From Dehalococcoidia bacterium (GTDB lineage Bacteria > Chloroflexota > Dehalococcoidia > DSTF01 > RBG-16-68-14), in assembly GCA_040882355.1 (NCBI GenBank), contig JBBEBM010000029.1, positions 62,001 to 126,000 on the forward strand: DNA of 64,000 bases, given 5' to 3'. Position 1 is the first letter of the stretch, and each line of letters starts with the position of its first letter. Shown in pieces: positions 18,856 to 29,538 of the stretch. Under the pieces are notes generated by a model. That model made no database searches, was not told where the DNA came from, and was given only the letters and a program-made list of their open reading frames with translations. The translations under genes were made by a program, and so were the position numbers.

Positions 18856-20055
18856 ATGACGACCCTGACCGAGACGCCCACCACCCTCAAAGAGGTCGTC
18901 GGCGACGCCAAGGTCATCGACAACGACACGCACTACACAGAGCCGCCCGACCTCTGGAGCTCGCGGGCGCCGGGCAAGTTCAAAGGCCAGATGCCCTACA
19001 TGAAGACGGTGAATGGGCAGAGCCTCTGGTTCGTCGAGGGCGACAAGCCGTGGGGCATGGTCGGCACCACAGTCGTCGGGACGGGCGGCGAGAAGTTTCG
19101 CGGCAAGCTTAGCATCGCTTCGTTTGAGGAGATGGACGAGGCGGCCTACATGGTCGAGCCGCGGCTGAAGGTGATGGACCGGATGGGCGTTTGGGCGCAG
19201 ATCGTCTACCCGAACGCCGGCGGCTTCGGCGCGACGAAGTTCCTCAGCATCAGCGATCCGGAGATGCGCATCGAGTGCTGCAAGATCTACAACGACGCCG
19301 TCGCCGAGTGGCAGGCCGACTCCGGCGGACGCCTCTTTCCGCAGGCCTTCCTCCCCTTCTGGGACATGGACGCGACCCTCAAGGAGGTGCGCCGGATCAA
19401 GGAGGATCTGCACCTCACCGGCGTGACGATCACGGACAAGCCGGAAGTGTTCGATATGCCGGACTACGGCCAGCCGTTCTGGGAGCCGCTCTGGGAGCTG
19501 ATTAACGAGTACAAGATCCCGATCGACTTCCACATCGGCGCGGGCATGAAGACGTTCGCGCTGGACGACTTCGCCTGGGGCTCGTTCGGGCCGCAGCGCA
19601 AGCTCGCGTCGATCGCCACGCTCATGTACATGTCAAACGCCTACACGGTAAACTGCTTCATGCTCAGCGGCCTCTTCGACCGCTACCCGAACCTGAAGCT
19701 CGTCTCCGTCGAGAGCGGTTGTGGCTGGGTGCCCTTCGTGATTGAGGCGGCAGAGTACCAGTGGGACGAGATGGCGCCCGACGAAGCCAAGGAGCTGCAG
19801 CGCCGCCCTACGGAGTACTTCAAGGACCACATCTACGCCACCTTCTGGTTCGAGGACTACGGCGTCAAGCACTTCATCGAGACGATCGGCGCCGACAACC
19901 TGCTCTTCGAGACCGACTTCCCGCACCCGACCTGCCTCTACCCCGAGTCGCAGGCGCACCTCGCGCGTGTGCTCCAGCGCCTCGAGCCGGCCGTGCGGCA
20001 GCGCGTCGTGCAGGACAACGCCAAGGAGCTCTACAAGATCCCGCTCCCGGCGTAA
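18856..20055 (+). CDS. Amidohydrolase_2 family protein
   Basis: IDNDTH, FH, VESGCGW, ETDFPH. Confidence 0.88.
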   Translation: MTTLTETPTTLKEVVGDAKVIDNDTHYTEPPDLWSSRAPGKFKGQMPYMKTVNGQSLWFVEGDKPWGMVGTTVVGTGGEKFRGKLSIASFEEMDEAAYMVEPRLKVMDRMGVWAQIVYPNAGGFGATKFLSISDPEMRIECCKIYNDAVAEWQADSGGRLFPQAFLPFWDMDATLKEVRRIKEDLHLTGVTITDKPEVFDMPDYGQPFWEPLWELINEYKIPIDFHIGAGMKTFALDDFAWGSFGPQRKLASIATLMYMSNAYTVNCFMLSGLFDRYPNLKLVSVESGCGWVPFVIEAAEYQWDEMAPDEAKELQRRPTEYFKDHIYATFWFEDYGVKHFIETIGADNLLFETDFPHPTCLYPESQAHLARVLQRLEPAVRQRVVQDNAKELYKIPLPA

Positions 20056-20080
20056 GGACGAAACGAGTCGATCGTGAATC

Positions 20081-20108
20081 GTAGGGGCGCACGGCCGTGC
20101 GCCCCTAC
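20081..20108. repeat. GTAG-type REP palindrome
   Basis: GTAGGGGCGCACGGCCGTGCGCCCCTAC. Confidence 0.85.
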
Positions 20109-20126
20109 GATTGCCCGCAGAATGTG

Positions 20127-20567
20127 ATGTCGATGCCCGAACCCAAGACCGTCCCGAAACCCTTCCTCCCTCCCAATGAGACGACCCAGTTCTTCTGGGA
20201 CGCCGCGCGCGAGCATCGACTGGTCATCCAGCGCTGCGACGACTGCGCGTTCTACATCCACTGGCCGGAAGTGTGCTGCCCGCGCTGCGGCTCGGAGCGG
20301 CTGAGCGCGAGCGAGGTGAGCGGGCGCGGCACGGTCTACACGTTTACGATCGTCCAGCACGTCTTCCACCCGGGCTTCGAGGTCGACGTGCCCTACAGCC
20401 TCGCCCTGATCGAGTTGGAGGAGCAGCCCGGCCTGCGCGTCGTCGCGAACATCGTCGACTGTCCGAACGACGCGGTGCGCATCGGCATGCCCGTTGAGGT
20501 GACCTTCGAGGACCGCGAGGGGTACTCGCTGCCCCAGTTCCGCCCGGCGGGAGGGAGCGGTTCGTGA
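20127..20567 (+). CDS. DUF35 Zn-ribbon/OB-fold protein
   Basis: FWDAA, QRCDDC, CPRCGS, GRGTVYTFT. Confidence 0.9.
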   Translation: MSMPEPKTVPKPFLPPNETTQFFWDAAREHRLVIQRCDDCAFYIHWPEVCCPRCGSERLSASEVSGRGTVYTFTIVQHVFHPGFEVDVPYSLALIELEEQPGLRVVANIVDCPNDAVRIGMPVEVTFEDREGYSLPQFRPAGGSGS

Positions 20568-21724
20568 AAGGCGGACGAGAGGTCGCGATCGTCGGGGTCG
20601 GGCGCTCGCCCGTGTCGCGAGGCGGCGAGCCAAACGTCGACCGGCTCACGATCACCGCCTGCCGCAACGCGCTCGTCGACGCGGGGCTCAGCGGCCGCGA
20701 CGTCGACGGCGTGTTCGAGTACCAGTTCGGCTGGGACTCGCCCGACGCTCACTACGTGCAGCAGGCGCTCGGCATTTCCGACCTAGCCGCATACGCGGAC
20801 ATCGGCGCGATGGGCCCGTCGGGGCTCGGCGGCGCGCTCGCCGGCATCATGGCCGTCGCGTCGGGCGGCTGCGACACGGCACTCGTCTACCGCGCGATCA
20901 CGCAGTCAGCGGGCGGCACGGGCTCGTATCGCGGCGGCGGCGCCCCGACTGGCGCGATGGGCACGTCGCTGCAGTTCAGCGTGCCGTGGGGGTACGTGCC
21001 GATCATCCCCGGCATCGCGATGATGATGCGCCGCCGCATCGACGAGCTGGGCGGCGCGATTGAGGACTACGGCCACATTGCGATCAACGCGCGCCGCTGG
21101 TCGGCGCTCAACGAGTGGGCCGTCCTGCGCGAGCCGCTGACGATGGACGGCTACCTCGCTTCGCGCATCCTCGCCGACCCGCTCCACCTGCTCGACTGCG
21201 ACTACCCGGTGAGCGGCGCGAACGCGGCCATCGTCACGACGGTCGAGCGGGCGCGCGACCTGGCGAAGGCGCCCGTCGTCGTCGACTCGTTCGCCTACGC
21301 CACCGGGCCGCGCCCGGACTGGCTGCAGGCGGAGGACTTCCTCTTCGGCGGGACGCGTCGCTGCGCTGACCGCCTCTGGAGCCGCGCCTCGCTCACGCCG
21401 GACGACGTCGACGTCTGCGAGCTGTACGACGGCTTTACGCACATCACCCTCTCGTGGATCGAGGCGCTCGGCTTCTGTGGTATCGGCGAGGCGGGCGCGT
21501 TCATCGACGAGGGCCGCCGGATCGGGCCGGGCGGCGCGCTGCCGCTGAACACGCACGGCGGGCAGCTCGCCGCGGGCCGTCTCCACGGCCTCGCTCACCT
21601 CGTCGATGCCGTCCAGCAGCTCCGCGGCGAGTCGGGCGAGCGCCAGGTGCCGGACGCCCGCGTCGCCGTCGTCTCGAACGGCCACGGCCCCCAGTGCGGC
21701 GCGCTGCTCCTGCGGACGGAGTAG
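20564..21724 (+). CDS. Thiolase-superfamily (SCP2/Ltp-type) protein
   Basis: AIVGVG, LDCD, ELYDGF, NTHGGQL. Confidence 0.88.
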   Translation: MKGGREVAIVGVGRSPVSRGGEPNVDRLTITACRNALVDAGLSGRDVDGVFEYQFGWDSPDAHYVQQALGISDLAAYADIGAMGPSGLGGALAGIMAVASGGCDTALVYRAITQSAGGTGSYRGGGAPTGAMGTSLQFSVPWGYVPIIPGIAMMMRRRIDELGGAIEDYGHIAINARRWSALNEWAVLREPLTMDGYLASRILADPLHLLDCDYPVSGANAAIVTTVERARDLAKAPVVVDSFAYATGPRPDWLQAEDFLFGGTRRCADRLWSRASLTPDDVDVCELYDGFTHITLSWIEALGFCGIGEAGAFIDEGRRIGPGGALPLNTHGGQLAAGRLHGLAHLVDAVQQLRGESGERQVPDARVAVVSNGHGPQCGALLLRTE

Positions 21725-21813
21725 ACTGACGTGCGGGAATCCAACAACACCGTAGCCGAGGCTTTCCAGCCTCGGCGCGCGTGAGACGCCGGAAGTGGTG
21801 AGGATCGGCGACC

Positions 21814-22191
21814 ATGTGGTATTGTGCCCGGCTGCTGTATCAATCGTTGTCAGATGATCAAGAGGCGCGCCCCGGTGGGGAGACTCTGTTTGAAGAGAAA
21901 GTGGTGGTACTCCGCTGCAAGAAGACTGACGGCGCGGAACATATCGTGAATCGGGTCCAAGCCCTGGCCAAGGACGCAGAGGAAGAATACGAGAGCATCG
22001 CCGGCAACAGGGTGAAGTTGGTGTTTCGTGAAATACTGGAGATTCAGGACATAACAGATCCCTCGATTAGGGACGGTACAGAGGTGTACTTCCGTTACTG
22101 GCACAGCCCGCAAGCGCGAGACTTCAAGATCATGCGCCACGCTCACGGAGATCGTTGGTGGGAAGATGACTCTGATCGTCCTGACCGGTGA
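21814..22191 (+). CDS. DUF4288-like protein
   Basis: MWY, FEE, GN.V, DGTEVY pattern; atypical codon usage. Confidence 0.65.
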   Translation: MWYCARLLYQSLSDDQEARPGGETLFEEKVVVLRCKKTDGAEHIVNRVQALAKDAEEEYESIAGNRVKLVFREILEIQDITDPSIRDGTEVYFRYWHSPQARDFKIMRHAHGDRWWEDDSDRPDR

Positions 22192-22245
22192 AGGCGGCAC
22201 AGCCCGAACCAGCGGGAAGAAAGGATAGGGTAGGATAGAAACGCC

Positions 22246-23211
22246 ATGCTACTGACCCGCGAAGAACAGATCGATACCCTTCACGCCGCCGCCCAGAGCT
22301 GGGGCATCGATGTCGCCAAGAGCGACATCGACTGGAGCGACGAGACCGTCCAGCTCGGCGAGCTGAAGATCCACTACCTGGATTGGGGCGTCGCGGGCAA
22401 GCCGCCGCTGCTGCTGCTCCACGGCGGCATGCAGTCGGCGCATAGCTGGGACCTCACCGCCGTCGTCATGAAGCGCGACTACCACGTCGTCGCGATGGAC
22501 CTGCGCGGCCACGGCGACAGCGATTGGGCCGACGACTACAGCCACGCCGCGACCATGAGCGATGTCGCCGGCCTGGTCGAGCACCTCGGCTGGCCTCGGC
22601 TCTCGCTGATGGGCCTCTCGATGGGCGGCCTCGCCGCCATGAACTACGCCTCGGAGCATTCGGACCGCCTCGACGCGCTCGTGATCGTCGACGTTGGCCC
22701 GGAGCTGAACGCGGGCGGCGTCGGTCGCATCGTCGAGTTCGGGCGCGGCCCGGCGGAGCTGGACACCGTCGAGGAGTTCGTCGAGCAAGCGATCGCCTAC
22801 AACCCGCACCGCAAGCCGGAGCAGTTGCGCTACAGCCTCACCCACAACCTGCGCCAGCTCCCGGACGGCAAGTGGACCTGGAAGTACGACCAGCGCCTCT
22901 CGCGTCGACGGCCGGAGACAGAACAGCGCGACGAGTCGCAGGATGGCTCGCAGCCTTCCGCGCGCCACTTCAGCTTCAGCGACCTCTGGGAGCGCCTCAA
23001 GCGCATCACCTGCCCGACGCTGGTCGTGCGCGGCGGCGACAGCGACGTCTTCGCGGAGGCGACCGCGCTCAAGATGATCGAGCTGTTGCCGGACGGGCGC
23101 TTCGTCACCGTTCCGGACGCGGGCCACACCGTCGCCCAGGACAACCCGAGAGACTTTCTCCCCGCCGTCCGCCCCTTCTTCGACGAAACACGCGGCTCCT
23201 CACGCTCGTAG
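22246..23211 (+). CDS. Alpha/beta hydrolase
   Basis: LLHGG, DLRGHGDS, GLSMGG, AGH. Confidence 0.92.
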   Translation: MLLTREEQIDTLHAAAQSWGIDVAKSDIDWSDETVQLGELKIHYLDWGVAGKPPLLLLHGGMQSAHSWDLTAVVMKRDYHVVAMDLRGHGDSDWADDYSHAATMSDVAGLVEHLGWPRLSLMGLSMGGLAAMNYASEHSDRLDALVIVDVGPELNAGGVGRIVEFGRGPAELDTVEEFVEQAIAYNPHRKPEQLRYSLTHNLRQLPDGKWTWKYDQRLSRRRPETEQRDESQDGSQPSARHFSFSDLWERLKRITCPTLVVRGGDSDVFAEATALKMIELLPDGRFVTVPDAGHTVAQDNPRDFLPAVRPFFDETRGSSRS

Positions 23212-23235
23212 GGGCGTTCAATTGAACGCCCCTAC
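23208..23235. repeat. Perfect 28-bp GTAG REP palindrome between convergent genes
   Basis: GTAGGGGCGTTCAATTGAACGCCCCTAC; near copy at 48804-48828. Confidence 0.9.
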
Positions 23236-23861
23236 CGGGCCTTGATGAACTCGATCAGGTACCAGGCGCCGCCGTGGAACCACGAGAGCGTCGCGTCCGC
23301 CGGTACGAGGTCGAGTGGAGGCGGCACAGCGTACTCGGGCTGCGTTCGCAGGAGCAGCCGGCTCATGAGCGGGAGCTTCCGGTCGGATGGCTGGCAAGCG
23401 TCACAGATGACGACCTTCGCGCCGGGCCTGGCGATGCGCAGCATCTCGTCGACGGCGCGCTGCTTGTCGCCGAACTCCGCGAAGCCGCCATGGTGGAACA
23501 CCGCGTCGAACGTCTCGTCCGCGAACGGCAGGTGCGCCGCTTCACATTCGATGAGATCGGCGTTGACTCGATGACGCCGTGCCTTCTCCCGGCAGCGGCC
23601 GAGCATCGCGCGGGAGATGTCTATCCCAACCAGGCTGGCGTCGGCGCCGAGTTGGTCCGCAATGAGCGGCAGGTTCGTTCCGGTACCTACGCTCACTTCG
23701 ATCACCCGCGCCCCAGCCGGTGCCACGAGCCGCGCCACCGCCTTCCTTCGCTCGCCCATCTGCGAGGTGCCGCGAACCAACGCCGCGAACCGGTTGGCCC
23801 AATCGTACAATCGAGCGCGGCGCTGGTAGTGCGCGCGCGAGCGCTGCTCGGAGTCGAACAT
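23232..23861 (-). CDS. UbiE-like SAM methyltransferase
   Basis: EVSVGTG, GIDISRAML, LPFADETFD; start uncertain. Confidence 0.85.
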   Translation of the reverse strand: MFDSEQRSRAHYQRRARLYDWANRFAALVRGTSQMGERRKAVARLVAPAGARVIEVSVGTGTNLPLIADQLGADASLVGIDISRAMLGRCREKARRHRVNADLIECEAAHLPFADETFDAVFHHGGFAEFGDKQRAVDEMLRIARPGAKVVICDACQPSDRKLPLMSRLLLRTQPEYAVPPPLDLVPADATLSWFHGGAWYLIEFIKAR

Positions 23862-23964
23862 CGGTACCCCCGCTTGCCCGAACGGTAATCGCGCTGCAAC
23901 CACCCCGTCAAGCGCCTTCTTGCTATACTAGCCTCCACCTAACTCCGCACTGAGGAGGCCGCCC

Positions 23965-25236
23965 GTGCCCGGCCCGCTCGCGGGCATCCGCATCCTGGAG
24001 TTCTCAGAGATCATCGCCGGCCCCTTCGCCGGCATGCTCTTGTCCGATATGGGCGCCGACGTCATCAAGGTCGAGACGCCCGAGGGCGAGCCCTGGCGCC
24101 ACTTCGCCTCCTTCGTGCCGACCGAGAGCCGCGGCTACATCTCGCTCAACCGGGGCAAGCGCAGCCTCACGCTCGACCTGAACCACGCGGAGGCTAAGGC
24201 GGCCATCCACAAGCTCGTGCCGGACATGGACATCGTGCTGATCAACTACCGGCCCGACGTCCCGGCCAAGCTGGCCATCGACTACGAGACGCTCTCCGCG
24301 CTCAACCCGCGTCTCATCTACTGCGACAACACCGCCTTCGGCCGGCAGGGCCCACAGGCGCACCGGCCCGGCTACGACATCATCGTCCAGGGAATGACCG
24401 GCCTCATGGCGCTCGAGGGCAAGGTGCTGGAGGGCGTGCCGCTGCTCAACGCTCATGCCGCCGCCGACTTCTCGACCGGCATCATGATGGCCTGGGCGGT
24501 CTGCGCCGCGCTCTTCGTCCGCGAGCGCACCGGCCATGGCCAGAAGATCGAGACGACGTTGCTCGGCAGCGCCCTCGCGATCCAGACCGGCGGCTTCCAG
24601 GTGATCGAGTCCGCCGACCTCGAGTGGCGGCAGCGCTTCATCGACCACCTGGAGCAGGCGCGCAGCGACGGCCAGGACTACGATGAGCTGCGCAAGTTCC
24701 TGCTCGCGGCCCGCCCGCTCGTGGCCATCGGCAACATCCACTACCGCGTCTTCAAGACCAAGGACTCGTTCATCGTCGTCGGCGCGCTCAGCGCGGCGCT
24801 GCGCAGGAAGCTCGGCGCAGCGACAGGCGTCGTTGACAAGCGCATCGGCGATCCGGACTGGGACCCGACGAAGCCTGAGTCGCGCGTCTACGCGAAGCAG
24901 CTCGTCGCCGAGGCCGAGGCGAAGATGCTCGAACGCACCACGGACGAATGGCTTGTCGCGTTCGACGAGGCGGGCGTGCCCGCGGGGCCGTTCCGCTTCA
25001 CGCAGGAGCTGCTGAACGACCCGCAGGTGCTGGCGAACAACCTCAAGGTAACGCTGGAGCACTCTCTCGTCGGCACGGTGCACATGGCCGGGCCCCCGCT
25101 TCAGATGAGCGAGACGCCGCTCGAAGCGCAGGGCCCATCGCCTGCACTCGGCGAGCACACGGACGAGATCCTCGCCTCGCTCGGCTACGCCGCCGGCGAC
25201 ATCGCCGCGATGCGCGAGAAGGGAGTAGTCCGCTAG
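23965..25236 (+). CDS. CaiB/BaiF class III CoA transferase
   Basis: AGP, DMGADVIKVE, LNRGKRS, PGYD, LGEHT. Confidence 0.93.
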   Translation: MPGPLAGIRILEFSEIIAGPFAGMLLSDMGADVIKVETPEGEPWRHFASFVPTESRGYISLNRGKRSLTLDLNHAEAKAAIHKLVPDMDIVLINYRPDVPAKLAIDYETLSALNPRLIYCDNTAFGRQGPQAHRPGYDIIVQGMTGLMALEGKVLEGVPLLNAHAAADFSTGIMMAWAVCAALFVRERTGHGQKIETTLLGSALAIQTGGFQVIESADLEWRQRFIDHLEQARSDGQDYDELRKFLLAARPLVAIGNIHYRVFKTKDSFIVVGALSAALRRKLGAATGVVDKRIGDPDWDPTKPESRVYAKQLVAEAEAKMLERTTDEWLVAFDEAGVPAGPFRFTQELLNDPQVLANNLKVTLEHSLVGTVHMAGPPLQMSETPLEAQGPSPALGEHTDEILASLGYAAGDIAAMREKGVVR

Positions 25237-26654
25237 TGCGCCAGAAGCTCTCGTTCAGCGGCGCCTTCCGCAAGGGCGACCCCGACCTGCCCTACCGCTA
25301 CGTCCCGTTCGAGATGCCGCCCGGCGCGGGGCGCGTCGAGGTCTCCTACCATTTCCAGCGCGACGACGACGTCCAGCCTAAGTGGGGTGCCGACGACGTC
25401 GTCGACATCGGCGTCTTCGACCAGCGCGGCACCGAGTTCTTGGAGGCGGGGTTCCGGGGCTGGAGCGGCGGCGCCCGCCGCAGCTTCTTCATCGACTCGA
25501 CAGATGCGACGCCCGGCTACTTGCGCGGCCCGCTGGAGCCTGGCGAGTGGAACGTCTTCCTCGGCGCTCGGATCCTGCACTCGGACGTGATGCCGTACTG
25601 GATCAACGTCAGCATCGACAGCGATCCAGAAGCCCCTGCGGAGCCGCTGCCCACCAAGCCCGCGCCGGCGCCAGGGGCCACCGTGAACCGCGCCACCGGC
25701 TGGTATCGCGGCGACTTCCACTCGCACACCGAGCACAGCGACGGCTACAACTCGATCGACGAGTACGCTACCGCGGCCGGGCGGCGGGGGCTCGACTTCC
25801 TGGCGATCACCGACCACAACACCTGCTCGCACTTCGAGGAGATCGCGGCGCGGCCCCTGCGCGACGGCCTGCTGCTCATCCCCGGCGAGGAGGTGACGAC
25901 GTTTTGGGGCCACGCGAATGTCTGGGGCCTCGGCCGCTGGACCGACTTCCGCGTCTCGGACGACGGCGGCATGCAGCGCGTGCTCGACTGGGTGGAGGAA
26001 CGGGGCGGGCTCTTCTCGCCGAACCACCCGAAGCGCGGCTGGCCGTGGGAGTTCGACAAGGTGCGAGACTTCCGTGTCGTCGAGGCGTGGCAGGGGGCGT
26101 GGCGCTTCTACAACGAGGAGTCGCTCGCCTTCTGGGCGGAGCGGCTCGATGCGGGCGCGCGCGTCGTCGCCGTCGGCGGCAGCGACTGCCACTCGATCCC
26201 GCCCGCGATCAACCTCCATCCGTGGACGCTGGGCGACCCCTGCACCTGGGTCTACGCGCAGGGCGGCCTCTCCGAGGCGGGTGTGCTCGACGCCGTCCGC
26301 GCGGGCCACGTCTTCGTCTCGGAGGATCCGACCGGGCCGTTCCTGGAGCTGACTGCCACCTGCGACGGCCGCGACTACCTCATGGGCGACGCCATCGACG
26401 CGCCGGAGGGCGCTCTAGTGCGCTTCCGGCTCCGCTATCGCGGCCCCGCCAAGAAGAAGCTGCGCCTGGTGCGTGACGGCGCCGTCTGGCAGGAGGTCAT
26501 CGCCGAGCGCGAGGAGCAGACGCTGGAGTTCGAGGCGCCGCTGGCCGCGCCGGGCTACGTCCGCGCGGAGGCGGCGGGCTTCCGCGGCCGCCCTGAGCGC
26601 GGTGAGGTCGTCCACGCGCTCACGAACCCGCTGTACCTGAGGCCGACGACGTGA
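25236..26654 (+). CDS. PHP-domain (CehA/McbA-like) metallohydrolase
   Basis: GDFHSHTEHSDG, ITDHN, NHP, GGSDCH. Confidence 0.85.
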   Translation: MRQKLSFSGAFRKGDPDLPYRYVPFEMPPGAGRVEVSYHFQRDDDVQPKWGADDVVDIGVFDQRGTEFLEAGFRGWSGGARRSFFIDSTDATPGYLRGPLEPGEWNVFLGARILHSDVMPYWINVSIDSDPEAPAEPLPTKPAPAPGATVNRATGWYRGDFHSHTEHSDGYNSIDEYATAAGRRGLDFLAITDHNTCSHFEEIAARPLRDGLLLIPGEEVTTFWGHANVWGLGRWTDFRVSDDGGMQRVLDWVEERGGLFSPNHPKRGWPWEFDKVRDFRVVEAWQGAWRFYNEESLAFWAERLDAGARVVAVGGSDCHSIPPAINLHPWTLGDPCTWVYAQGGLSEAGVLDAVRAGHVFVSEDPTGPFLELTATCDGRDYLMGDAIDAPEGALVRFRLRYRGPAKKKLRLVRDGAVWQEVIAEREEQTLEFEAPLAAPGYVRAEAAGFRGRPERGEVVHALTNPLYLRPTT

Positions 26655-26660
26655 CGTTCG

Positions 26661-26728
26661 CTGTCACCCTGAGCGAAGCGAAGGGTCTTACGGGACATGG
26701 AAGATGCTTCGCTGCGCTCAGCATGACA
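26661..26728. repeat. CTGAGCGAAGCGAAG-type palindromic repeat
   Basis: TGTCACCCTGAGCGAAGCGAAG...CTTCGCTGCGCTCAGCATGACA; related units at 3749-3792 and 49296-49415. Confidence 0.8.
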
Positions 26729-26821
26729 AGGAGAACGACCAAGACCAGTAGCGGTGACCCTTCAGGTCGCCACCTGCGGCGCCCCTGAACAGACCGAACG
26801 TATTGTAGAACGGACACCGCA

Positions 26822-29479
26822 ATGGCAGCAGCAACCAAGACCGCACCGGAGAAATGGCGCCTCGTCCTCGTGCCTCACACGCACTGGGACCGCGAGTGGT
26901 ACTTCCCGTACCAGCGCTACCGCACGCGCCTCGTCGGGTTCTTCGACCTGCTGCTCGACATCCTGGAGAGCGACCCCGACTACAAGCACTTCCTCCTCGA
27001 CGGCCACACGATCCTGATCGAGGACTACCTCGAGGTGCGTCCCGACCGCCGCGAGACGATCGAGCGCTTCGTTCGCGAAGGCCGCCTCGCGGCCGGGCCG
27101 TGGTACGAGATCCCTGACGAGTCGCTCCCTTCAGGCGAGGCGCTCGTGCGCAACTTCCTGCGCGGCCATCGTGTAGCGAAACAGTTCGGCGAGCCGATGC
27201 GGGTTGGCTACATCCCCGACCCGTTCGGCCAGATCGCCCACATGCCCGCGATCCTGCGCGGCTTCGGCATCGAGCGCTGCACGTTCTGGCGCGGCGCCGA
27301 CGAGTCGCTCACCCACACCGAGTTCATCTGGGAGTCGCCCGACGGCAGTAGCGTGCTCGTCGTGCATATGCCCGCCGGCTACGGGGTCGCCGCGCCCTTC
27401 CCGCTGGACGAGGAGGCATTCCTGGAGAAGATCGACCTCATCCGCGGCACCCTCCAACCCCGCGCCCGCACCCGCACGCTCTACGTGCCCTGGGGCTCCG
27501 ACCACGTCCCGCCTCAACGCGAGCTGTCGCACCTCATCCGCGCGGCGAACGAGCGCCTTCCCGATGCCGAGATCGTCCACGGCTCGCTGGCCGATCTGTT
27601 CGCCTCCGTCGAGGCGGAACTGAACGGCAACGGCTCCGCCAACGGGGGTCGGGCGAAGCTCGCCCGTCGCCGGGGCGAGTTCCGCAGCGGCCAGCGCGCG
27701 CACCTGCTGCCCGGCGTGCTCTCGGCGCGCATGTGGATCAAACAGCGCACGTTCGACTGCGAGCAGTTGCTGACGCGGTGGGCCGAGCCGCTCACGCTCT
27801 GGAGCGAGCTGCTCCGCGACCGGCTGGGCGAGGCCTGGCGCGAGCCGCCGCCCTCGAGCGGGCCTGCCAGCCCCTTCCCCGACGAGCCGCTCTCCGAAAC
27901 GGGCCTGATCGACCGGGCGTGGCGGCTGCTGCTCGAGAATCAGCCGCACGATTCGATCTGCGGCTGCAGCATCGATCAGACGCACGATGAGATGCGCCCG
28001 CGCTTCGACCAGTGCGAGCAGGTCGGCGACGACCTGGCATACGAGGCGATGCGCCGCATCGGCGCGCAAGGGCCGTCCGAGCGCGTCTACGTCTTCAACG
28101 CGCTGTCCGGCCCTCGCACAGACTTCGCGAAGGCGGTGGTGCCAGGCAAGAGCGGTGCTGAGCCCATCGCGCTCGTCGACGACGCTGAGCGGCGCTGGCC
28201 GTGTCAGCAGATCGAGAGCGCTGACCCGACCCCGGGCCGCGCCACCGTCGGATTCGTTGCGGGCGACGTGCCCGGCTTCGGCTACCGGACGTATCGCGTC
28301 GAGTACGGAGAGCCTCAGCCTGTCGCGCGCCGCGCCACACGCCGCCGGCGAATCGAGAACGACTTCTTCGTCGTCGAGGCCGATCCCAAAGACGGTACGC
28401 TCCGCGTCGAGGTCAAGGGCGCGGGTGTGCGCTACACCGGCCTCAACCGCCTCGTCGACGGCGGCGACCGTGGCGACGAGTACAACTATTGTGCGCCCGA
28501 TCCCGACCCGCTCGTCGACAGGCCGGCCGCGTCTCCCGAGGTGCGCGTGATCGAAGACGGGCCTGCGCGCAGCACGCTCGAGGTGCGCATGACCTACCGC
28601 CTGCCCGCGCGTCTGACCGACGACCGCCGTCGCTCCCGCCGCACCGTCGACTGCCCGGTGCGGGTGCTCGTCTCGCTCTCGCCCGGTGTGCCGCGCATCG
28701 ACTTGCGCACGGAGTTCGAGAACAACGCCGAGGACCACCGCCTGCGCGCCTGCTTCCCGTCCGGCGTCACCACCGACGTCTCGCACGCCGAGCAGCACTT
28801 CGGCGTCGTGACGCGCCCGCTCGCGCTGCCGCAGGCCGATGACACCTGGATGGAACAGCCGGTCGGCACGCATCCGCAGAAGACGTTCGTCGACCTGAAC
28901 GATGGCCACGGCGGCCTGCTGATCGCCAACCGTGGCCTGCCCGAGTACGAAGTGCTCGACACGAAGAAGGGCGCTGTCATCGGCCTCACCCTGCTGCGTT
29001 GCGTCGGCTGGCTCTCGCGCCGCGACTTCCCGTCGCGCAAGAGCGGAGCGGGCCCAGAGCTCGAGACGCCCGGCGCCCAGTGCCCGGGCCTCCACATCGC
29101 CGAGTACAGCATCGTCCCGCACGCCGGCGGCTGGCAGCGCGCCTATGCCGAGGCGCATCGCTTCGCGACGCCGCTGCGCGCCCGCTGGCAGCGCGAGGGC
29201 GCCGACCTGCTACCGCCGAGCGCGTCGCTGCTCGACCTCAAGGGCACCGGGCTCGTCGTGACGGCGCTCAAGCGCGCCGAGGACGGCGAGGGCGCCGTCG
29301 TCCGCCTCTACAACACGCTCGAGCGCAGGACGACCGGGCGCCTGCGCCTGACCGAGTCCTGGCACCGAGCGCGCATCGTCGACATGAAGGAGGACGACCT
29401 CAGCGCCGCGGACGTCTCGGACGGCTGGGCGAAGCTCTCGCTGCGCACGAATGAGATCGTGACGGTGCGGTTCGGGTGA
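26822..29479 (+). CDS. GH38 alpha-mannosidase-like glycoside hydrolase
   Basis: HTHWDREWY, PDPFG, HDSICGCS, DRGDEY, TLLR. Confidence 0.92.
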   Translation: MAAATKTAPEKWRLVLVPHTHWDREWYFPYQRYRTRLVGFFDLLLDILESDPDYKHFLLDGHTILIEDYLEVRPDRRETIERFVREGRLAAGPWYEIPDESLPSGEALVRNFLRGHRVAKQFGEPMRVGYIPDPFGQIAHMPAILRGFGIERCTFWRGADESLTHTEFIWESPDGSSVLVVHMPAGYGVAAPFPLDEEAFLEKIDLIRGTLQPRARTRTLYVPWGSDHVPPQRELSHLIRAANERLPDAEIVHGSLADLFASVEAELNGNGSANGGRAKLARRRGEFRSGQRAHLLPGVLSARMWIKQRTFDCEQLLTRWAEPLTLWSELLRDRLGEAWREPPPSSGPASPFPDEPLSETGLIDRAWRLLLENQPHDSICGCSIDQTHDEMRPRFDQCEQVGDDLAYEAMRRIGAQGPSERVYVFNALSGPRTDFAKAVVPGKSGAEPIALVDDAERRWPCQQIESADPTPGRATVGFVAGDVPGFGYRTYRVEYGEPQPVARRATRRRRIENDFFVVEADPKDGTLRVEVKGAGVRYTGLNRLVDGGDRGDEYNYCAPDPDPLVDRPAASPEVRVIEDGPARSTLEVRMTYRLPARLTDDRRRSRRTVDCPVRVLVSLSPGVPRIDLRTEFENNAEDHRLRACFPSGVTTDVSHAEQHFGVVTRPLALPQADDTWMEQPVGTHPQKTFVDLNDGHGGLLIANRGLPEYEVLDTKKGAVIGLTLLRCVGWLSRRDFPSRKSGAGPELETPGAQCPGLHIAEYSIVPHAGGWQRAYAEAHRFATPLRARWQREGADLLPPSASLLDLKGTGLVVTALKRAEDGEGAVVRLYNTLERRTTGRLRLTESWHRARIVDMKEDDLSAADVSDGWAKLSLRTNEIVTVRFG

Positions 29480-29538
29480 CGCGCCTGCGGCCGATACTTC
29501 CCATGGGTGAAACCAGAGGGAGGCGCGACCGCTAGCTG

